From IMG/VR virus record IMGVR_UViG_3300046321_000078: 20,000 nucleotides of DNA; one strand, written 5' to 3'. The DNA is from an uncultured virus (IMG/VR IMGVR_UViG_3300046321_000078) (Duplodnaviria > Heunggongvirae > Uroviricota > Caudoviricetes). The notes beneath the pieces are model-generated. The model was not told the origin of the DNA, searched no databases, and worked only from the letters and a program-made list of their open reading frames with translations. Positions 16,149 through 20,000 of this stretch are shown here, in pieces; position 1 is the stretch's first letter, and every line of letters starts with the position of its first letter. The translations under genes and the position numbers were made by a program.

Positions 16149-16430
16149 GCTTCAGAACATCGAAGCTATGATCAGACACTTGGAACGTCAACAACCGGTA
16201 TTTACTTAGTGATGAGTTTATATCGAACTAGACCGACTATCAGGGATACCTGCGGTTTGTGAGGAATGCGTCTTAGAGGAAGCTCTCACCGTGTAACAAC
16301 TGTTCTGATCGAGACTATAAGGTTCTATGGAAATATTGAGACGTGAGATATCTCTATGTAGTAAATAGAAAACCGAAAGCCTTAGTTACAGAGTAACTAT
16401 AGCCATAGGTACGTCCAAAACGTATCATTA
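16149..16430 (+). ncRNA. Putative structured non-coding RNA, family unknown
   Basis: Starts at the expected +1 of the rightward promoter; no RBS-led ORF; stems GCTTC/GAAGC, GATCAGA/TCTGATC, CGGT/ACCG, CAGG/CCTG, GTGAG/CTCAC, CTATGG/CCATAG, TAGTTAC/GTAACTA, TACGT/ACGTA. Confidence 0.55.
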
Positions 16431-16431
16431 T

Positions 16432-16710
16432 TCAGGGTATTATGTCAGTAAGATCTGCTTCTCCTACGGAAACATCATATCCTAGTTTTTTATAAATAGA
16501 AACTATGTGTCTACTTAATATTATTTCAGAAGGGCCTTTAATGACTCCATCTGATAACAACTTAGAGATAAATCTAGTTGCTATGCCTTGTCTTCTATGT
16601 TCTTTATGTATGTTAATACTGAACAGACTATTATTGTGAAGACTATATGCACCTACGATAACACCATTTTCTGTAATAGCAATTTCTGGTGGGGATGAGC
16701 ATAGATTCAT
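16432..16710 (-). CDS. Small GNAT-family acetyltransferase
   Basis: INIHKEHRRQGIATRFI (acetyl-CoA motif A, R/QxxGxA) and IYKKLGY; AGGAGG RBS. Confidence 0.8.
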   Translation of the reverse strand: MNLCSSPPEIAITENGVIVGAYSLHNNSLFSINIHKEHRRQGIATRFISKLLSDGVIKGPSEIILSRHIVSIYKKLGYDVSVGEADLTDIIP

Positions 16711-16726
16711 AGTTCCTCCTATTCGT

Positions 16727-16755
16727 ATTATCGCACGGGTTGCTTTATAAGTCTA
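16727..16755 (-). promoter_or_regulatory. Sigma70-type promoter for the GNAT gene
   Basis: TAGACT (16755-16750), 17 bp, TGcGATAAT (16732-16727). Confidence 0.65.
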
Positions 16756-16856
16756 CAATAAAAATAGTCCGGCTGTATAGAACTACAATCCTATTTCCGA
16801 TTTAATTATCATTACAAACTCAATAGGTATCTTAAGCATAAAAATTACATAAAGCA

Positions 16857-16924
16857 ACGTTAATATGAGACTGTCTCAATTAGATACGAATTATAATGAT
16901 ACATATCCTGTTTCATAATGATAA
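16857..16924. repeat. Array of imperfect 15-bp palindromes (GTNTCA-N3-TGANAC-like)
   Basis: ACGTTA-ATA-TGAGAC 16857-16871, GTCTCA-ATT-AGATAC 16873-16887, GAATTA-TAA-TGATAC 16888-16902, GTTTCA-TAA-TGATAA 16910-16924; includes the perfect TGAGAC-T-GTCTCA. Confidence 0.5.
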
Positions 16925-16932
16925 TAGATTAG

Positions 16933-17208
16933 TTAATGTCTAACAATATCAGATAGATAGAATGTTGGGTTTTTTCCCGCATAGTTACCATAGATTAAGC
17001 CTTGTTGTTCCATTTTATACAATTCAAGCATTGCAGCATCTCTGTCAACGCTCTCTGGATATAACTTCAAGTATTCAACTTGTGATATATAACCCTGTTC
17101 TGTAATGATTTCATATGAACTAATTATTGGTTTTAGTTGATCTTTTTTCAAATTGCACCTCGTAATGATTGTCTGTTGTTCGTGGCTGGCGTTGCATATA
17201 AAGAGCAC
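16933..17208 (-). CDS. Hypothetical protein, possible winged helix; true start may lie downstream
   Basis: RDAAMLELYKMEQQGLIY resembles a wHTH; the 5' end overlaps the next ORF. Confidence 0.55.
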   Translation of the reverse strand: MLFICNASHEQQTIITRCNLKKDQLKPIISSYEIITEQGYISQVEYLKLYPESVDRDAAMLELYKMEQQGLIYGNYAGKNPTFYLSDIVRH

Positions 17209-17323
17209 CTTTGCATGTTGGGCAAGTAGTACCGCCTAACCTAGTCTTAAGAATATATTTGCCTGCCTTGGGCGAGCATGACGAGCTATCACAGAACCCG
17301 ACAATGATATATTTATTTTTCAT
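17120..17323 (-). CDS. Small zinc-ribbon protein
   Basis: CDSSSC and CPTCK cysteine pairs. Confidence 0.55.
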   Translation of the reverse strand: MKNKYIIVGFCDSSSCSPKAGKYILKTRLGGTTCPTCKGALYMQRQPRTTDNHYEVQFEKRSTKTNN

Positions 17324-17441
17324 AAGTAATCACCAAAAGAGTTAAGGCAACGGCATTCAATAATACATAAGGCATTACTGGATGGAAAACAATACAAGCC
17401 ATATTAGCGATTATTAAAAATACTGTGATAGTATTATGCAT
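17313..17441 (-). CDS. Small membrane peptide
   Basis: Start moved to ATG 17441 after GGGAGG; two hydrophobic stretches. Confidence 0.55.
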   Translation of the reverse strand: MHNTITVFLIIANMACIVFHPVMPYVLLNAVALTLLVITYEK

Positions 17442-17634
17442 AAACAACCTCCCCATTAAATTCATAATTATAAAAATCAGATGATGCCATTTTTTCAATC
17501 AGCTCAACGTTAGCACTTAGTGGGCTAGCTTGATCAAACATTTCAACATCCTGCAATGTATCGAATAAATCAAGTCTGGCTATTAGTTGAGCCTGTGGAG
17601 TCAATTCATTATATTTAAATGTCTTCATTTTCAA
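17434..17634 (-). CDS. Hypothetical protein
   Basis: 66 aa, GGAGG RBS; FKYNELTPQAQ. Confidence 0.65.
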   Translation of the reverse strand: MKMKTFKYNELTPQAQLIARLDLFDTLQDVEMFDQASPLSANVELIEKMASSDFYNYEFNGEVVYA

Positions 17635-17788
17635 GGGCCTCCATTTTGTTTTTTAGTTTCAAAAGTTCGTCGTTTAATAGATCCTCTCGAAATTGGTTGC
17701 AGACATTAAGCTCACGTCTGATAGATTCAAGATTATCGTTAAGCATATCTAGCTTTTTTAATTTGTCAGATAATTCTTTTATTGTCAT
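17615..17788 (-). CDS. Small coiled-coil protein
   Basis: Likely start ATG 17788 (MTIKELSDK...). Confidence 0.6.
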   Translation of the reverse strand: MTIKELSDKLKKLDMLNDNLESIRRELNVCNQFREDLLNDELLKLKNKMEALENEDI

Positions 17789-17854
17789 TTTACACCCGCC
17801 ACAACAAAGCAATATAAATAAAACCCCAGTATTATGACTAATATAAGCATCATG

Positions 17855-18169
17855 CTATACCCTTTTCCCTAATTGTTTTAATTTTGACTCTGTTTGGATT
17901 AAAATGTTTCCTGTGCTTCTATAAACTGACTCCATTTTATCACCCCAAATATCGTTTTGACCATAGGCGCATCTACCGATCAACTGATTCAAAAAACTCG
18001 CTGTATTATTCTGCATTTCAATAATTTCCAAAAGTTGTGAGATTGTCTTGGCACTAATTAAATGTTGATATTCTGCACCGTCGATGTAATCAGCAGATTT
18101 TTTCATAGGCTCATCAAACTCTGTCAATTTCTTTTTTAATTCTGTAAAGTCAATCATGCTATACCTCAC
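17855..18169 (-). CDS. Hypothetical protein
   Basis: 104-aa ORF; the start may be the internal MIDF after GAGGT. Confidence 0.7.
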   Translation of the reverse strand: MRYSMIDFTELKKKLTEFDEPMKKSADYIDGAEYQHLISAKTISQLLEIIEMQNNTASFLNQLIGRCAYGQNDIWGDKMESVYRSTGNILIQTESKLKQLGKRV

Positions 18170-18371
18170 CTATTGACATAGCTAATAGCATAGCTTTGTC
18201 GTTATCGCTTAACGTTGGCTCTGTTACGAGCTTTAAATGACTAGCGTGACTAATACGCTGTATATTAATTTCGTAACTTGTCGCCTCATGGTTCCAAGAC
18301 TTCTTTTTATGTGCTTTGGTTTTTAGTTCAATAAATTTAAAATAAGCTTGTTGTATTGTGTATTGTTTCAT
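18159..18371 (-). CDS. Hypothetical protein
   Basis: 70 aa, AAGGA RBS, TAATG overlap. Confidence 0.65.
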   Translation of the reverse strand: MKQYTIQQAYFKFIELKTKAHKKKSWNHEATSYEINIQRISHASHLKLVTEPTLSDNDKAMLLAMSIGEV

Positions 18372-18616
18372 TATTTATTTTCCTTTTTATATAATTCAGA
18401 TGCAATACGTTTAGCTGTGGACAAATTAACAGGCTTAGACATAACGCTGTAGCTAAAATAATTATGATCAAGTGTTGCCATATTAGCGTAACGTCTAGCA
18501 TCATACACAACAAACTTAGTGTTAACTTGTCTTAATATAAAATTATTATCCCATTGACTAGACCTAAAAAATAGCTCTCTTGATTCATTTAATAAATTTC
18601 TAGCAATCCAAATCAT
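18371..18616 (-). CDS. Hypothetical protein
   Basis: Start moved to ATG 18616 after GAGG. Confidence 0.6.
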   Translation of the reverse strand: MIWIARNLLNESRELFFRSSQWDNNFILRQVNTKFVVYDARRYANMATLDHNYFSYSVMSKPVNLSTAKRIASELYKKENK

Positions 18617-18617
18617 A

Positions 18618-18860
18618 CTATTTAAACCTCTCAAGTAAAGATTCCATTTTTTCAAGACTCTTTTTACCAATCAATGGTAATGCACAGTCTTTATAAGCTC
18701 CGTTATTTTCAGCAACAGCAATTAGGCTTATTGCTATTTGCAGAGCCTCTAGTAATTCAGGTGCTGCTGAAATTAGATTTAAATCTACCTTTGAACCCGT
18801 AGACCCCTCAACATAATACTGACCTGTTATGTCTTTATAAGTTACATGCCATGATTTCAT
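18618..18860 (-). CDS. Phage protein of the 'LIAAAPELLEAL' type
   Basis: NLISAAPELLEAL motif. Confidence 0.7.
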   Translation of the reverse strand: MKSWHVTYKDITGQYYVEGSTGSKVDLNLISAAPELLEALQIAISLIAVAENNGAYKDCALPLIGKKSLEKMESLLERFK

Positions 18861-18862
18861 AT

Positions 18863-19150
18863 TTAAGTCCCCTTTGCTTTTTTAATTACAGTTTCAACGG
18901 CTCGCAAGCTAACAGCATCGACATTTTGCCCTTGACCTAACATTTCAACGTATAAACCTTCTAATACTTTCAACATATCAGGGGCTGCCGCAATAAGTTT
19001 AGCATTACTTCGATCGGTTGAATCATTAAAATCGTCCATAGATCTATCATCGGCATAGATACTAGATAAAATGTTGCGCCCATCACTGCCGATTATTTCT
19101 AAAAATCTAGAGCTGTCGTTAAATACCCAAGGTCCCTTTGTATGTGACAT
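18863..19150 (-). CDS. Phage protein of the 'HTPGPW...LIAAAP' type
   Basis: MSHTKGPW...NAKLIAAAPDMLKVL. Confidence 0.75.
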   Translation of the reverse strand: MSHTKGPWVFNDSSRFLEIIGSDGRNILSSIYADDRSMDDFNDSTDRSNAKLIAAAPDMLKVLEGLYVEMLGQGQNVDAVSLRAVETVIKKAKGT

Positions 19151-19151
19151 A

Positions 19152-19565
19152 CTAGTTCTCTTCTTTATAAGATTGATAATCTTGTGCTACCGATTCAAGA
19201 GCATACCACGTCATAACATTAAAAATTTGATTAGTGTTGTATTCGTCCGATAGCTCACCCGAAAATACTCGGTCAATTTCATGGGTAGTTATATCTGAAT
19301 TACTTTTTAAATGACTGAATGTTGAAACCATAGCAGTCAATGTTGTACCAAATTCAAAGGCGTCATTACAAGCCATCTTAAGAATGTCTTTTTTATTCTT
19401 TTTATAAAATGCTACAGTGTCAGAATGGTAACAAAAATCACCATGACCGCCGTCTGCGCCATGATTAGCAACATCAATCAGTGATTCAATGTCACCTAAT
19501 CCTGATATTACAGCCTTGCGTAGTTTAGGACTAGTCTTGCCTTGATATTTTAAAAATGATTTCAT
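19152..19565 (-). CDS. Conserved phage early protein (HGxxGG...Y type)
   Basis: DVANHGADGGHGDFCYHSDTVAFY...MTWYALESVA; function unknown. Confidence 0.75.
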   Translation of the reverse strand: MKSFLKYQGKTSPKLRKAVISGLGDIESLIDVANHGADGGHGDFCYHSDTVAFYKKNKKDILKMACNDAFEFGTTLTAMVSTFSHLKSNSDITTHEIDRVFSGELSDEYNTNQIFNVMTWYALESVAQDYQSYKEEN

Positions 19566-19566
19566 A

Positions 19567-20000
19567 CTATCCTGCTTTCTTTAAATATTTTAGAGTATTC
19601 TTTACAGTAACTAATAAATATTGCAAATCAAAATCAGTATAGCCGTTGTTTTTTCCGTCTATTAAGTATCTAGCTAAAAAGTCTTTAAAGCTTGTATACT
19701 CTTTACAGCCTATGATAATAAAACTCGAGTTGATAGTTATTGAAAAGTTAAAGCCTATAATATTAATAAGGTCTCTTCTTGATTTTGTTTGCATTTTTAA
19801 AGAAACCCTAGCATCGCCAGAAACCCTAGCATCGCCAGAAACCCTAGCATCGCCAAAAACCCTAGCATCGCCAAAAACACTAGCATTGCCAAAAACACTA
19901 GCATTGCCAGAAACACTAGCATCGCCAAAAACCCTAGCATTGCCAAAAACACTAGCATTGCCAAAAACACTAGCATCGCCAGAAACACTAGCATCGCCAA
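19567..20000 (-). CDS. Hexapeptide-repeat (left-handed beta-helix) protein, 5'-partial
   Basis: The frame reading G[D/N]A[S/R]V[S/F] repeats continues as ...GDARVS-LK-MQTKSRR in frame into the 19567-19794 ORF; C-terminal IIIGC motif. Confidence 0.85.
   Translation of the reverse strand, partial: GDASVSGDASVFGNASVFGNARVFGDASVSGNASVFGNASVFGDARVFGDARVSGDARVSGDARVSLKMQTKSRRDLINIIGFNFSITINSSFIIIGCKEYTSFKDFLARYLIDGKNNGYTDFDLQYLLVTVKNTLKYLKKAG
19801..20000. repeat. 18-bp coding tandem repeat, about 11 copies visible
   Basis: Unit a[g/a]aaac[c/a]ctagcat[c/t]gcc repeats to the window end. Confidence 0.95.

Noticed and set aside
16208..16232. Hammerhead ribozyme core (GTGATGAG...CGAAC)
   Set aside because: It deviates from the required CUGANGA and GAAA, and stems I and III could not be built.
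201..19253. Plus-strand ORFs in the track (for example 201-536, 8561-8926, 15934-16209)
   Set aside because: Nearly all are antisense shadows of better minus-strand genes and show no convincing RBS or motifs; 5472-5669 overlies the putative RNA.
19797..20000. ORF-track protein (MLVFLA)n
   Set aside because: Wrong frame of the 18-bp repeat; the GDARVS frame matches a known hexapeptide pattern and joins the downstream ORF.
19801..20000. CRISPR array (considered because a Cas4-like gene is present)
   Set aside because: The repeats are contiguous, have no spacers and are protein-coding. No repeat-spacer array was seen elsewhere; the AGGAAGTG motif occurs only twice, about 127 nt apart.
1..20000. 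Alternative genetic code (stop-codon reassignment) explaining the many short ORFs
   Set aside because: Long conserved genes are intact in code 11, and TAA, TAG and TGA are each followed by RBS-led or overlapping starts.

Overview
AT-rich, gene-dense segment of a dsDNA tailed-phage genome (early and replication region, standard genetic code), with essentially all real genes on the minus strand. Left to right it holds: a partial metallophosphoesterase missed by the ORF track, an HNH-like protein, a family-B DNA polymerase split into two ORFs between motif B and motif C, a possible Sm/LSm-fold protein, an ERF recombinase with a Cas4/AddB-like nuclease, a sigma-region-2-like/NUMOD1 fusion, several exported or lipoprotein genes (including a matrixin-type protease and a protein ending in an outer-membrane beta-signal), a small GNAT, many tiny early genes, and a hexapeptide-repeat gene truncated by the window end. 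Several near-consensus sigma70 promoters are present; three place the predicted start site on the ATG (leaderless mRNAs). The least explained elements are two ORF-poor, highly self-complementary tracts that look like structured ncRNAs (5346-5589 minus strand; about 16149-16430 plus strand with its own promoter) and an array of GTNTCA-N3-TGANAC-like palindromes. All calls come from reading motifs by eye; no database search or folding program was run.
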